A stretch of 64,000 bases of DNA from Eledone cirrhosa (lineage: Eukaryota). The notes beneath the pieces are model-generated. The model made no database searches. It worked only from the letters and a program-made list of their open reading frames with translations, and was not told where the DNA came from. The stretch is taken from the NCBI GenBank assembly GCA_964016885.1, contig OZ024741.1:225308001-225372000 (forward strand), written 5' to 3'. Position numbers and translations under genes: made by a program. Positions 28,201 to 41,249 of this stretch are shown piece after piece; positions within the stretch are counted from its first letter, which is position 1, and every line of letters starts with the position of its first letter.

Positions 28201-29455
28201 TAATGTAGTATGTTGTAGTGGTGGTGGTGTGTTGTAGTTCTGATGTAATGATATAATGTAGTATGTTGTAGTGGTGGTGGTGTGTTGTAGTTGTGATGTA
28301 ATGATATAATATAGTATGTTGTAGTGGTGGTGGTGTGTTGTAGTTCTGATGTAATGATATAATGTAGTATGTTGTAGTGGTGGTGGTGTGTTGTAGTTCT
28401 GATGTAATGATATAATGTAGTATGTTGTAATGGTGGTGGTGTGTTGTATCTCTGATGTAATGATATACTGTAGTATGTTGTAGTGGTGGTGGTGTGTTGT
28501 AGCTCTGATGTAATGATATAATGTAGTATGTTGTAGTGGTGGTGGTGTGTTGTAGTTCTGATGTAATGATATAATGTAGTATGGTGTAATGGTGGTGGTG
28601 TGTTGTATCTCTGATGTAATGATATACTGTAGTATGTTGTAGTGGTGGTGGTGTGTTGTAGTTCTGATGTAATGATATAATGTAGTATGTTGTAGTGGTG
28701 GTGGTGTGTTGTAGTTCTGATGTAATGATATAATATAGTATATTGTAGTGGTGGTGGTGTGTTGTAGTTCTGATGTAATGATATAATGTAGTATGTTGTA
28801 GTGGTGGTGGTGTGTTGTAGCTCTGATGTAATGATATAATGTAGTATGTTGTAGTGGTGGTGGTGTGTTGTAGTTCTGATGTAATGATATAATGTAGTAT
28901 GTTGTAGTGGTGGTGGTGTGTTGTAGTTCTGATGTAATGATATAATGTAGTATGTTGTAGTGGTGGTGGTGTGTTGTATCTCTGATGTAATGATATAATG
29001 TAGTATGTTGTAGTGGTGGTGGTGTGTTGTAGTTCTCATGTAATGGTATAATGTAGTATGTTGTAGTGGTGGTGGTGTGTTGTAGCTCTGATGTTATGAT
29101 ATAATGTAGTATGTTGTAGTGGTGGTGGTGTGTTGTAGTTCTGATGTTATGATATAATGTAGTATGTTGTAGTGGTGGTGGTGTGTTGTAGTTCTGATGT
29201 AATGATATAATGTAGTATGTTGTAGTGGTGGTGGTGTGTTGTAGTTCTGATGTAATGATATAATGTAGTATGTTGTAGTGGTGGTGGTGTGTTGTAGCTC
29301 TGATGTAATGATATAATGTAGTATGTTGTAGTGGTGGTGGTGCGTTGTAGTTCTGATGTAATGATATAATATAGTATGTTGTAGTGGTGGTGGTGTGTTG
29401 TATTTCTGATGTAATGATATAATATAGTATGTTGTAGTGGTGGTGGTGTGTTGTG
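25217..29455. repeat. 53-bp minisatellite, ~80 copies
   Basis: Unit gttgtagttctgatgtaatgatataatgtagtatgttgtagtggtggtggtgt. Confidence 0.97.
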
Positions 29456-30506
29456 GCTATGTTTGTGTCTAAGTGTGTGTTTGTGTTTGTAGTGTAATCT
29501 GTTAACTAACCTCAATATCCTATTTTAACTCTCATTTTCTCACTCTCCTTGAACAATTATTTTTCATTGAACAATTTCTCCATGAAAGAATTAATACACA
29601 CCTCACTCTTAATTTATCACACTCTTTTCTGTCAATATCTCATTACTTTCCTATACTCTGCTGCTGCGCGTAATGGAATATATGTATGTATTATAGGGCA
29701 TAAAACCTTTCTGAAAGATAAGGTTTTCATAAATGATATCTTTTATATATTATAGCAGGTCTCAGTTATTAGATTGTGGCCATGCAAGGGAGGGCATCGC
29801 CTTCTAGGTTATGCTCGATTATATCGATCACAAAGTAAACTTTATTCATCTGCGTTTTAAAACTACAATTACGCGTTTTTTTTTTCTATATATCGTAATT
29901 ACACTTCAGAACAAGTAATCTATTTTAATTAACTTGATAAATAAAAACTGAAAATTTATTTTACAAAGTCTATTTTATCTATAGTGTTAAAACTTTTTGT
30001 TAGTTTTCCAGATTCATAAAGTTTCAAAACACGAGATATTCCACATATGTTATGTAAAATGATATTGGATTATCAATCTATATTGTATGAGTTGGTAGAA
30101 AAATATACATGTTTATTGAAGTAAGACACAATTTTTCTACTTTAGATTAATCGCCCAACACGTTAATTTCATGAATCAATTTAGATAATAGAGGGGGATG
30201 ATTTTGTCTTTTTCCAGTCGCTTTGTATATTTCCGAGGCCTAACAATGTAAACAGAACAATAGAAAGAGTGTGCATTGCGTTTTTAAGGGGGGGGGGGGG
30301 GGGAATTTAGAGGGGGATAAAAAAAACCTATCAGAGAAAATGAAGGAAAAATACCTTATGGAAGAACAGTGGGAATCGAAGGAGGAGGGGAGGAGGGCAT
30401 AAAACTGAGGTGAAAAGTGGATATATCAAAGAAAACGAACACGCTCTACGTTCATCTTTCATTTCTAAGCTACGTATGTATGTATGTATGCATGTATGTA
30501 TGTAAG

Positions 30507-30614
<108 letters not shown>

Positions 30615-30933
30615 TATATAAATACATGCATACATATTACCTAAATGCATACATACACATGTTACATACGTATACATACATGAAACCTATGGATACAGAC
30701 ATATATATATGTCCACTTAAATGTGTTTAAATACCCGTATATATGCACACACATACACAGAAAAACATATATACACCTAACAAGTGATCTATTAATGTTC
30801 GGTTCACATGATTTAAGTTATTTGAATATTCAATTAAGGCCTGAAGCGAGAATTTCTGTTCACATCTAATTATGTATTAGGTTAGTTTATATAATACACA
30901 TTATCCATATATTGCATATTATTTATATATATA

Positions 30934-31112
30934 TGGTGGATTGCCGTATCGGTAGAGGGTCGGACGTCATGCTTTGTAGCATAGATTTGCCGCCCTTTAT
31001 AATCTGAGTTCAAATCCCGCCGAAGTTAACTTTGCCTTTCATCCTTACGGAGTTGAAGTACCAGTAATACACTAGGATAATTGCTGGCCTTGTGCCAAAA
31101 GTAGAAACAATT
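30934..31112 (+). mobile_element. tRNA-derived SINE (gcctttcatcct..gtcgataaa..gtaccag central domain)
   Basis: B-box gagttcaaatccc plus a conserved body shared with copies at 40872-41095, 42380-42510, 44100-44297 and 48985-49160. Confidence 0.75.
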
Positions 31113-31230
31113 ATTATTGTATATATATCAGGTACACTATTTAAATAAAACACAATATATATGATGCACGTTATTTATAAAATACTCATTTCTATAAAAG
31201 TCATTTTATAATATATATATATATATATAT

Positions 31231-31586
31231 AAAATAGAATAGCTTTCACCGTATTTTTGACTAAAGGAATTTTAGCCTGATAATGGGGTTTAGAACCCTC
31301 AGATAAATGGAAAAAGATGAGTATTGACGTATATGGGAGTCCAACCCACATCTTTGGTTATCGCGACCACTGTAGCTTCTAATTTGAATGTAGCTTCTAA
31401 TTTGAATGGAATGAGATGGGTGATGTGTTTCTGTAATGGTAGCACAGTGGTCGCGATAACCAAAGATGTGGGTTCGACTCCCATGTACGTCAATACTCAT
31501 CTTTTTTCATTTATCTGAGGGTTCTAAACCCCATTATCAGGTTAAAATTCCTTTAGTCAAAAATACGGTGAAAGCTATTCTATTTT
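31231..31586. repeat. Inverted repeat (143-bp arms, 70-bp spacer) containing a tRNA-like segment
   Basis: 31231-31373 mirrors 31444-31586 with few mismatches; B-box gggttcgactccc; abuts (TA)n. Confidence 0.85.
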
Positions 31587-31690
31587 CTAATTTCAAACCT
31601 GCTCACTGTTTCAAAACATACTTACTTGATATATATATATATATTATTCAAAATATTAATAAATGAAGACATTCACGTCATCAAAATATG

Positions 31691-31752
31691 TTTTATTATA
31701 TATATTTCGGAGGTACTGTGCTGTTTTTACAGTACGTCCTCATCAGATAAAA
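31691..31752 (-). ncRNA. Minimal type I hammerhead in pLTR remnant
   Basis: uuuuau CUGAUGA gga c guacugu...acaguac c ucc GAAA uauaua UA auaaaa. Confidence 0.8.
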
Positions 31753-32719
31753 TACACAAACTGATGTATGACATACCTCAACTGTGCTGATGGTTCAATT
31801 CCAGTCTTGGCAGTCGCTTTGAATAATCAATGAATCTTGTTTAACATTTGGTTATATATATATATATATATATTATAGTTCATTATTTGTGTATGTTTGT
31901 CTCCTATGCACTTAAAAATCAGTGGCCCAATCATGTTCAAACTTAGCATGTGAGTTCCGTAGTCCTAGGAATAGGTTTTCCTTACACTTGAACGTATATT
32001 AATTTGTTTATATGTCTGTTTGTCTCTTTGTCAATCTGAAGTAATGGTGGTCGTCGTGAGTTATCGTCTTCACTATGACGGAATGTGACGGAAAATAGAG
32101 GGAATGAAGAATTGAAAATTTGAGAGAAAGTCAGCTCGTACTGAAAGCCAAAAATGGAACTAAACAAGTAAGTTAACAATGCATGAATGAGGAAAGAAAG
32201 AGAGATAAAGAAAGCGAAGAAAGTGAGCGACACACGTTCAACATTCTGCTGTCAAGCTCACCTGAAAGTTTCTTACCACTATCTTCTTCATATCTTTACT
32301 GTGTGTGTGTGAATGAGTGAGTGTGTGTGTGTGTGTGTGTGTATGCCACATCTTTGCATATAGCTCTGTATGTATATGTCTGTGTATCAGCCTCTGATTA
32401 AGTTTTGGGTTCTTTATTTGATTTATTGAAATACTACTAAAAATAACACTTGTGAAACCTGTAATATTTGTTTGCATATTCACTTCCCTTAGTTTTGGTT
32501 GTTGTTTCAAAAAAACCACAGAATGTTAATGCAGTGTGTCCTCATTCAATGAAATTCGATACGGCTTAGATCCATCATTAACAAAAATGTTTTAAATATT
32601 TTGATATATAATAGTGACATTGAAAGCTGCAAGCAAAAATGCCGCCAAAGAATAGACCTTCATTTGGAAGAAAATCTCATAAAACTATGGCAAAGCAGCT
32701 ACAAAAGGTGATTAAACGA

Positions 32720-32925
32720 AGACAACCTTTATGAATGACGTCTAGTTGGTTGATGTGTGACCTATATGGCGTGCATGATTCTGATATAAGAGTGTGGACA
32801 GTACAATAGCTTTACAAACCTGTATCTTGGTGTCCAGTTTTATTCTTCTTTCATTCCAAAGGTGATGACAGAGCTTATCAAATGCACTCGTGGCTTTCCT
32901 TATATGATTGATTATCTTGTCATTT
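32720..32925 (-). pseudogene. Decayed RTE-type LINE RT fragment
   Basis: INHIRKATSAFDKLCHHLWNERRIKLDTKIQVCKAIVLSTLLY resembles the post-RT region of RTE elements. Confidence 0.75.
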
Positions 32926-33434
32926 GTATATAAGTATGTACGGGGTTGTATATACACGAGGTTATTGTGGTTGATTATATAAATACTACTTCGGCAGTAT
33001 AGTCATTTAATTACTGTATATTTCAATGTAATTTGATAATTTAATGTTGGAACCACTCGGTTCACTTAGTGAACAGTCTAATTATCATGCGTAATTTGAT
33101 TTGTCACAATTTCTCACTCATACACAGACACATAGACACAAACACACACATATATACGCGTGCGCGCGCACACACAGACACACACACAGGTTATTTGGTG
33201 ATTATATGACGAATATTACATTATACTACCCTGACGCTAGACAGAGAAAAGGAAAATGAAGTGATATAGTGAATGATACACCAACATTACAGTAACGATA
33301 GGAAATGAACAAGCCCCATTCTGAATCAGAAAATCTTTTGTTGCCATGATCAAATAAAAGTATTTGCCTGTTAGTCGGAGATGGTCTATGGCCACGTGAC
33401 AGAAAACAGCATATGCATATTTTACCGCATATAA

Positions 33435-33800
33435 GTGCAGGCGTGGTGTGCGCTTAAAGAGCTCATTTCGAAATCATGTGGATCTGTGTTCAGTTTTTGT
33501 GTCTTCTACTAAAGCCTCGGATTAACCAATGGCCTGCCAGTGGAATTTGGTAGACGGGCACTGCAGAAGTTCGTCCTGTATGTATCTTTATATATGTACA
33601 TACTATGTGTGTATGTGTGTGCGTATGGGGGACTCGTATCTATGTTTACGTCTGTGTTTGTGTCTGTGTTTATGTTGGATAAAAATAGACCGATGACATA
33701 AGTACTAGGCAAGAAAAAAATAAGTACTCTGGTCGATATGACCACCTAAATGCTCCAACATGGTCGCAGTTTAATGACTGCAACCAGAAAACGAATAAAA
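33435..33800 (+). mobile_element. Decayed SINE-like repeat(s)
   Basis: Eroded tRNA-like head and body (gtggaatttggtagacgg..ctgcagaag) ending in (TG)-rich sequence. Confidence 0.45.
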
Positions 33801-34137
33801 TAACAATGAATATCTGATTATACTTTTTTCTATATTTCCTCATTAAATATGCACCCACCTAAATAACTGCTCGACTGAAATCAACTCTCAATTCGTTCTG
33901 AAACAGTGTTGAGTGCGAATACTACTGCGAAATGGATATATTCACCCGGTGTCAATAGGGTTAATCACTTATACATTGATCGATCTTCATATTAGGTAAA
34001 AGAAAAATGTGTTAACTTGATTGAGACTATTTATCAATCATACGTGATATATATATATATTTATAAAAAAATGTATAAACAATGCGTAAAACTGTAGAAT
34101 TAAAAAAATAATATTATTAATAATAATAATAATAATA

Positions 34138-34169
<32 letters not shown>

Positions 34170-34513
34170 AATGATAATAATAATAATAACAATAATAATA
34201 GTAATAATAATAACAATAATAATAATGTATTTTAATAATTTATAGCAAAGACACAAGGTTACAGATTTATTCCGCTCTGTACTTGACTGGTTCTATCGAC
34301 CCAGAAAGGATGAAAGGTAAAGTTGAACTAATGATGGTGCTATGTATCTATATATCAATAAATTGATACATAAATCTAAATCTATCTATCTATCTATCTA
34401 TCTATATATCTATCTATCTATTTATCTCTATATATATCTGTTTATCTATCTAACTATTTCTTTGATTGCGCTTTTAGTCAATCAATCAATGAATGAACCA
34501 AACAAATCAATCT

Positions 34514-34609
<96 letters not shown>

Positions 34610-35688
34610 TATACACTAATATATATATATATATATATTATACATAGCTAAATATCTTCGAGAAAAAACTTTGCAAGGCGGAACAAATGGACCTTAAATC
34701 CCCAATTAAGTATTTTCAATAAAGATAATGATATAACATGAAATTTTGAAGTATTTTTTTCCTTTGTAGAAAAATAAGGTTATGATAGCATATGAACAAA
34801 GTAGACAACTTTCGGTGTATGATTATGAAAGTATAATTGAACATACTGTTTAATCTCAGGTTATCTGAGATTAGCCATAATGTGATATTTAATCATGTGA
34901 CAGTGTGCCAGCTTTCTGACTTGGTAGTCCTTAAAACGTTTTTGATACGTATGGATTTGTTAAAAGATCTTTCTGGTGATGTTACTGTGACCGGAATTGT
35001 CAACAATATTCTCAAACTAATTTTGTCAGTTAATAAATGTAGCAACACCGAAGGTTTCATATCTAGATTAAAAAAATTTGCTTCATATTGTAATAATAAA
35101 TGGCGGCGGATTAGCAAGATAAAAATATTTTGGTATGGGTTCCAGCTCACTGCGCTCTGTATTCAAGTCCCGTTGAGGTCAACTATAATTTTCAATCTTT
35201 CGAGGTGAATAAATAAACAAACAAAACAGCCAAGTACTGAAATCGATTCTTCCTCTCTCTCGTTATCTTCTCCGACCTGAAGAGGGATGAACCTTGAAAT
35301 ATTTAAAATGCCCAAAATACACCATGTCTTAGGACGGCGCCCTTACGACTCCATAAGGAATAAAGAGTCTTTTCGAGAGTGTTGATAAATGTTGCATTTC
35401 TGTAGCAAAATCTTCATCAGAAAAGTGACATGCTAACAATTTCGTTTCTTTTCAAGCTTACTTTCAGACACTGTTGGATATTTCAGCAATAAAAAGAAAA
35501 TTTTCAGCTAATCACTTAACGTTCAGTTAATTCCACAATAACAATATCAATCGAAAAACCAAACAAGATTTTCTGAATTTGGCGTCTTCTAGCATATCAT
35601 AGCTGCCAGTCCTTTCCCCCCGCCTCGCATCAGGTGCTGTGTCATTCTGAACACTCTGTTTTCGATATATACGTATATATATATATAT

Positions 35689-36318
35689 ATGGAAAAAATG
35701 AAACGACATTTCATTTCTCTCTCTTAGTACGGCTGTTACTTAAATATAAGTATGTATACGTTTACAAACAAACCGAGCATTATAAAAAATATTCGGTAAA
35801 TCCATACGTACATATATATGTGTGTGCATGTATGTATATATATATACATACTACTGTACGTCTGTATACATATATGTATGTACGTATGCATACTTATATT
35901 TAAGTAACAGCCGAGTGAGAAATGAAATTTCGTTTCATTTTTTCCATTCATCGTTTTCGGTGTGCCCGGCCGATTAACACTCGATATGCAAATTAGGCTG
36001 CTCAGCCGTTAATATGCATAAGGAAAGTATATACTTTCAGACGTTCAATCATCTGGCAGGAATGTATACGGTGCTGACGATAGCTAATAAGCTTGAAACT
36101 AGCACATCGTTCCTTTTCAGTGTTGAACAAAAGGGCAACGATGGTTGCTAAATACTGTACGGCTTAATTCGGGTTGTTTGTTTACAAACAAACCGAGCAT
36201 TATAATAAATGTTCGGCAAATCCATACGTACATATATATATATGTGTGCATGTATGTATATATATACATACTACTGTACGTGTGTATACATATATCTATG
36301 TACGTATACATACTTATA
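35689..36318 (+). mobile_element. Retrozyme-like repeat copy with partial tandem duplication and inverted 5' piece
   Basis: 35689-35760 is inverted; 35761-35900 is repeated at 36181-36318 (period 420); octamer 35986-35993; HHR 36068-36110 (U16.1 changed to C). Confidence 0.8.
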
Positions 36319-36548
36319 TGTACGGCTTTTGGAGGAAGGAGTAACCAGCAGTACGTTGTATTATTACGAAAAGGTGTAGCAGAGAATCCTGCGTGAACTA
36401 ACAGCTCGGGTTGAAACTGCTTACCTCGAAGATTCATTCGCCATCGTTCATGTGAATACTCCGTTTAGTTGGTATTTGTTGGTCTACAAAGGGTTAATGT
36501 TTACTGGCAAGAGGTGCAACTGGGCTGGCTTGCCTCGCTTATATTATA

Positions 36549-36750
36549 TATTAAAATAACAGATTAAAGTTTAAGAAAAGAATCGCTGCTTTCACCCTTA
36601 ACAGGATCTTCTGAAACTAAAAAAAATCAATCTGTCAACGCAGAAGTAAATATTTCGAAAAACGTTGCAACTGAGGGAAGACAGGAAGACGATACTTTGG
36701 AAGACGTTCCCTGGCAATGAACGGAAAATAGCGAACATAATACGTCATCA
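36549..36750 (-). mobile_element. pLTR fragment of the older Hydra-like family
   Basis: Matches 1115-1320 and, inverted, 3210-3415. Confidence 0.85.
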
Positions 36751-36984
36751 ATGTTTGTCAGAATGTCGTAATGCAGACAGCCAGGCATACAGACAGATAT
36801 TATAAGAGCGCGACGGAGATGGATAACCGGCCCCTTACACCCCTTTAAGAACAGAAAATTTAAAAATAAAAGCTGCAGTTAATATCTTTAGACCGCAAGG
36901 AATATATAAATACAAGTTTGAAGTCAATCGGAGTAGAACTGTGGATTTGTATAGACTTTGCAAAAATGAGGACACACACAGACA

Positions 36985-39110
36985 ACTCACTCAGACTCAG
37001 AAGCTCCCGCGTCTTGCGACGCATGAGGCAATCATAGTGTTCCATCGCGTTCGGTCAGCAGCCAGTTGCACAGCGTCCCGCCATTGTCTGTTTGTCGCCC
37101 GCAGGTCCCTGCCAACTGTCTGGCGCCAGTTCATTTTGAGTCGCCCTCTCCGTCTGCTTCCCTGCGGGCTCCATTTAACTACTTGCTTTGCCAGTCTCTC
37201 CGGGGGAAGTCTCAAAGCGTGTCCAAACCAGCCCAGGCGTCGCTTGCAGATGGTAGAAGAGACTAGCTGCTGGTTGGTGCGGTTCCTGACTTCCTGGTTT
37301 GTTACATTGTCACTCCATTTAATCCCCAGGTCTTTCGCAGACACCTGGAATCGAATGCGTCCAACTTCTCTTGGCTGGTCTTAAGGTGCCATGTTTCACT
37401 TCCGTACAAGTGTGGACAGCACGTTGCTGTTGTAGAATCTCATCTTTGTTTTGAGGGTGAACTTCCTGCTCTTCCAGATCTTGTCAAACTGGTTAAATGC
37501 TGCTGAAGCCTTTCCCATTCTACATTGCAGTTCACTGTCCATGGTGCCCTCATTGTTAATGGAGCTTCCTAGGTAGGTGACGTTGTCCACTATCTCCACC
37601 TCCCCTGTTGAATGAAGACACTAGTTGGTGATGGGTGTGTCCCAGATAACATGCTTTTGGTCTTCTTGGCACTGATATTGAGACCTAAGCTTCCTGCTTC
37701 GACATTGATATTGTTCACAATGATTTGCAGGTCAGCTGTGCTCTCTGCAAGTGCAGCAATATCGTCCGCAAAGTCCAGGTCAGACAACTTTTGCTCTCCC
37801 ACCCAAGATATACCCTGGTCTTTAGACGCTCTTCTTAGTACCCAGTCAAAGAGAATTGGAGAGAGCGAGCAACCGTGACGCACGCCAGTAACCACCTCAA
37901 ACCAGTCACTGTAACCATCCTCTGTCCGTATGCAGCACTTGGAGTTTGCGTAAATCTGTTTGATTGCCGAAATGACTTTCTGGGGCAGACCATACTCATG
38001 CATGATGCTCCAGAGTGACGGTCGATGAATGCTATCGAATGCTTTGGGGAAATCGATGAAGCTGGTGGCGAGGGGCCTCTGGAATTCGTTGTACCACTCA
38101 ATGATGCGGCGTAGCGTAAAGATCTGCTCTGCACAGGAACGTTTTGGTCGGAACCCTGCCTGTTGTTCTCGCAGTTCCCGGTCTACCATGCCACGTATGC
38201 GGTTCAGGATCACCAGACAATAGACCTTCCCTGGAATGGAGAGAAGTGTCACTCCCTTCCAGTTGTCACAATCGGCAAGGGTGACAACGGCTCCGTTTCT
38301 CCAGTCTTCTGGGACTTCACCCGTGTTCCACACAAGATTACATAAGTGGCCCATCCACTTGACCATGCTTTCGCCTCCTGACTTCAGCATTTCAGCAGAA
38401 ATGCCATCCATACCTGGTGACTTGTTATTCTTAAGGGTTTTGATGACCATGCGGACTTCCTTCTCGGTGAAGTCATCAGTATTGATAGGCAACAAACTAG
38501 TAGGTTCCTTAGTGTCTGCTGGCACACGTGGCTCCGGCCTGTTGAGGACTTCCTTGAAATGTTCAGCCCATCTGACTAACTTTTCTTCACCCTTGGGAAG
38601 CAGCGTACCATCTTTCGCTTTCACCGGGCCTGAGTTAGCTCTAGAGCTGCCGGTGATTTTCTTGGCAATTTGGTACACAGAACGCATGTCATTGCTGCTT
38701 CTGCCTCCTCTGCCTTACTCTCAAGCCACATTCGTTTGTCCTTTTGGGCACTGCGTTTCACCTCCTTGTCCTTGTCAACATACTGCTGATATACCTTGAT
38801 GGCCTCTGGGTAGTGGCATGCCTCAGCTGGTGTAGGGGCTTTCCTTTCATTAATCAGCTGCCAGGTGTTGTCGCTGACCCAAGCTTCCCTGAGGGACTTC
38901 CTGTAGCCCAGGATTTCTTCCCCTGCCGCTTCCATGGTCTTCTTCATTTCCTCCCATCAATTGACCGAGCCTGGTGCAGCCTCCTCAAGGACAGCAAATC
39001 TGTTCCTCAAAGCAGCCTCGAACTGTGCTTCTTTGTCACCGTTCTTCAGCTTGGTAGTGTCAAAACGCCTTAGTGGGTGCTTTCTTCTGCTTCCTCAGTC
39101 TGATTTTAAG
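36985..39110 (-). mobile_element. 5'-truncated, frameshifted RTE-clade LINE
   Basis: ORF pieces 38947-38621, 38687-37590 (KSPGMD, QAGFR, FIDF.KAFDS, LDFADD), 37599-37396 and 37344-36997; (ctgagt)-type tail. Confidence 0.92.
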
Positions 39111-39353
39111 TTTGGTAACAGACAGATAGTGGTCACTGCAGACAAGTGCGCCTTGGTAGACTCGGACGTCCTGCAGGCAAGGAGTTCTCCAACTTGGGCC
39201 AATTGCAATGTAAACAACTACAGTTTTATATATATATATGGATGGATAGATTTACGCAGTCTCGTTTACTTCTATTCTGTATATATACAGATACAACTTT
39301 ATGACACACACACACGTACACGCACGCGCACACACGCTCACACACACACACAC

Positions 39354-39414
<61 letters not shown>

Positions 39415-40004
39415 CACACGCTCAAAAACACACACACACACACATACACACACACACACACGCATATATCTCTATATATATATAAACTCAGTGAGAAGGA
39501 CAGAAGAACAGAGAGACATCCAGAATGCGAAAAAACTTGATGAAAGAGGAGAGACGGAGAGAGGGAGAAAGAGAGAGAGAGAGTGAGAGAGAGAAGGGGG
39601 AGAGAGAGAAAGAAAGAGGGAGAGAGAGAGAGAGAGAGATAGATACAGCGAGAGAGAGGGGAGAGTGAGATAGAGAAAGAGAGAGAGAGAGAGACATAAA
39701 AACCAAGCCCACAGCTAGATTGTATGACCAATGTTAATAGGATGTTTTAAGGGTGTTTTATATAGTTAATGTAGGGTCAATTAGGATTATATTACTCTAC
39801 TGGCACAGCAGGGAGAGGGGGTAATAAAAAGTTGAATATGTTAGACCTATTTACTAAATGACACCATGGTGTTGTGTTGTAGTATTGTTATGTTGTGCTG
39901 CTGTGTTGTAATGCCTTGGTGTTGCAGTGTTGTAAATGTTGAAGAGTCGTGGTGTTGTGGTGTTATGGTGTTGTGGTGTTGTGTTGGGAATGTTGTAGTG
40001 ACGT

Positions 40005-40698
40005 GGTGGTGTGGTGTTATGATAATGCTTTGGTATTGTAGTGATGTAGTTATGTGGTGTTGTGATGTTGTGTTGTAATGCATTAGTGTTGTAGTGTTGT
40101 GAATGGTGTAGTGTTGTGGTGGTGTGGTGTTATGATAATGCCTTGGTATTGTAGTGATGTAGTGATGTGGTGTTGTGATGTTGTGTTGTAATGCATTAGT
40201 GTTGTAGTGTTGTGAATGGTGTAGTGTTGTGGTGGTGTGGTGTTATGATAATGCCTTGGTATTGTAGTGATGTAGTTATGTGGTGTTGTAATGTTGTGTT
40301 GTAATGCATTAGTGTTGTAGTGTTGTGAATGGTGTAGTGTTGTGGTGGTGTGGTGTTATGATAATGCCTTGGTATTGTAGTGATGTAGTTATGTGGTGTT
40401 GTGATGTTGTGTTGTAATGCATTAGTGTTGTAGTGTTGTGAATGGTGTAGTGTTGTGGTGGTGTGGTGTTATGATAATGCCTTGGTATTGTAGTGATGTA
40501 GTTATGTGGTGTTGTGATGTTGTGTTGTAATGCATTAGTGTTGTAGTGTTGTGAATGGTGTAGTGTTGTGGTGGTGTGGTGTTATGATAATGCCTTGGTA
40601 TTGTAGTGATGTAGTTATGTGGTGTTGTGATCTTGTGTTGTAATGCATTAGTGTTGTAGTGTTGTGAATGGTGTAGTGTTGTGGTGGTGTGGTGTTAT
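40005..40698. repeat. 113-bp minisatellite (~6 copies) inside a G/T-rich low-complexity field (39866-41240)
   Basis: gataatg recurs at 40021, 40134, 40247, 40360, 40473 and 40586. Confidence 0.92.
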
Positions 40699-40871
40699 GG
40701 TGATGTGGTGTTCTGCTGTGGCGTTGTATTTCTTTGATGTTGTGGTGTTGTGATGTAGTGTTCTGAATTTGTAATATTGTGGTGCTGTAGTATGTCGGTA
40801 TTGTAATGTTGTAGTGTTGTAATGATGTGGTGTTGTAGTGTTGTGGTGTTGTGGTGTAGTAGTGTTGTGAA

Positions 40872-41095
40872 GTAATATTGGTCTCTAATTTAAGCACAAG
40901 GTCAGCAATTTTGATGAGGGGGGAAAGTCGATTAAATTGACCCCAGTGCGTTACTGGTACTTTATTTTATCAACCCCGTAAGGATGAAAGGCATAGCAAA
41001 CCTCGGCAGGATTTGAGCTCAGATCGTAAAGGGCCGTAACTCTATGTCATAAAGTATGTTGTCTGACGCTCTACCGATACTGTCAGTCCACCACC
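40872..41095 (-). mobile_element. tRNA-derived SINE
   Basis: Reverse complement of the 30934-31112 family. Confidence 0.75.
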
Positions 41096-41249
41096 CTGTT
41101 GTAATGTGTCGGTATTGTAGTGTTGTGAAGTTATGATGTTTCGGTGTTGTGGTATTGTGGTATGGTAGTGTTGTGGTTTTGTAGTGTTGTGGTGTTGTAA
41201 TGTGGTTTTGTGGTGATGTTGTGGTGTTTTAGTGTTGTGACGTTAAAGA

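Noticed and set aside
25137-29039. 1300-aa His/Thr/Tyr-rich ORF
   Set aside because: Translation of the 53-bp minisatellite, whose minus strand lacks stops in all frames; the unit is not a multiple of 3 and there is no sign of coding constraint.
25217-29455. CRISPR-like regular array
   Set aside because: Contiguous tandem units without unique spacers, no cas genes, eukaryotic context.
31425-31495. Functional tRNA gene
   Set aside because: A/B-box-like motifs are present, but no complete acceptor stem or cloverleaf could be built.
32255-32302. Possible micro-exon on the minus strand (KDMKKIVVRNFQ followed by gtgagc)
   Set aside because: Good donor site, but no polypyrimidine acceptor, no partner exons and no recognisable protein.
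34837-35208. 123-aa non-repetitive ORF
   Set aside because: No recognisable motif and a non-ATG start; may be a decayed transposon fragment but cannot be supported.
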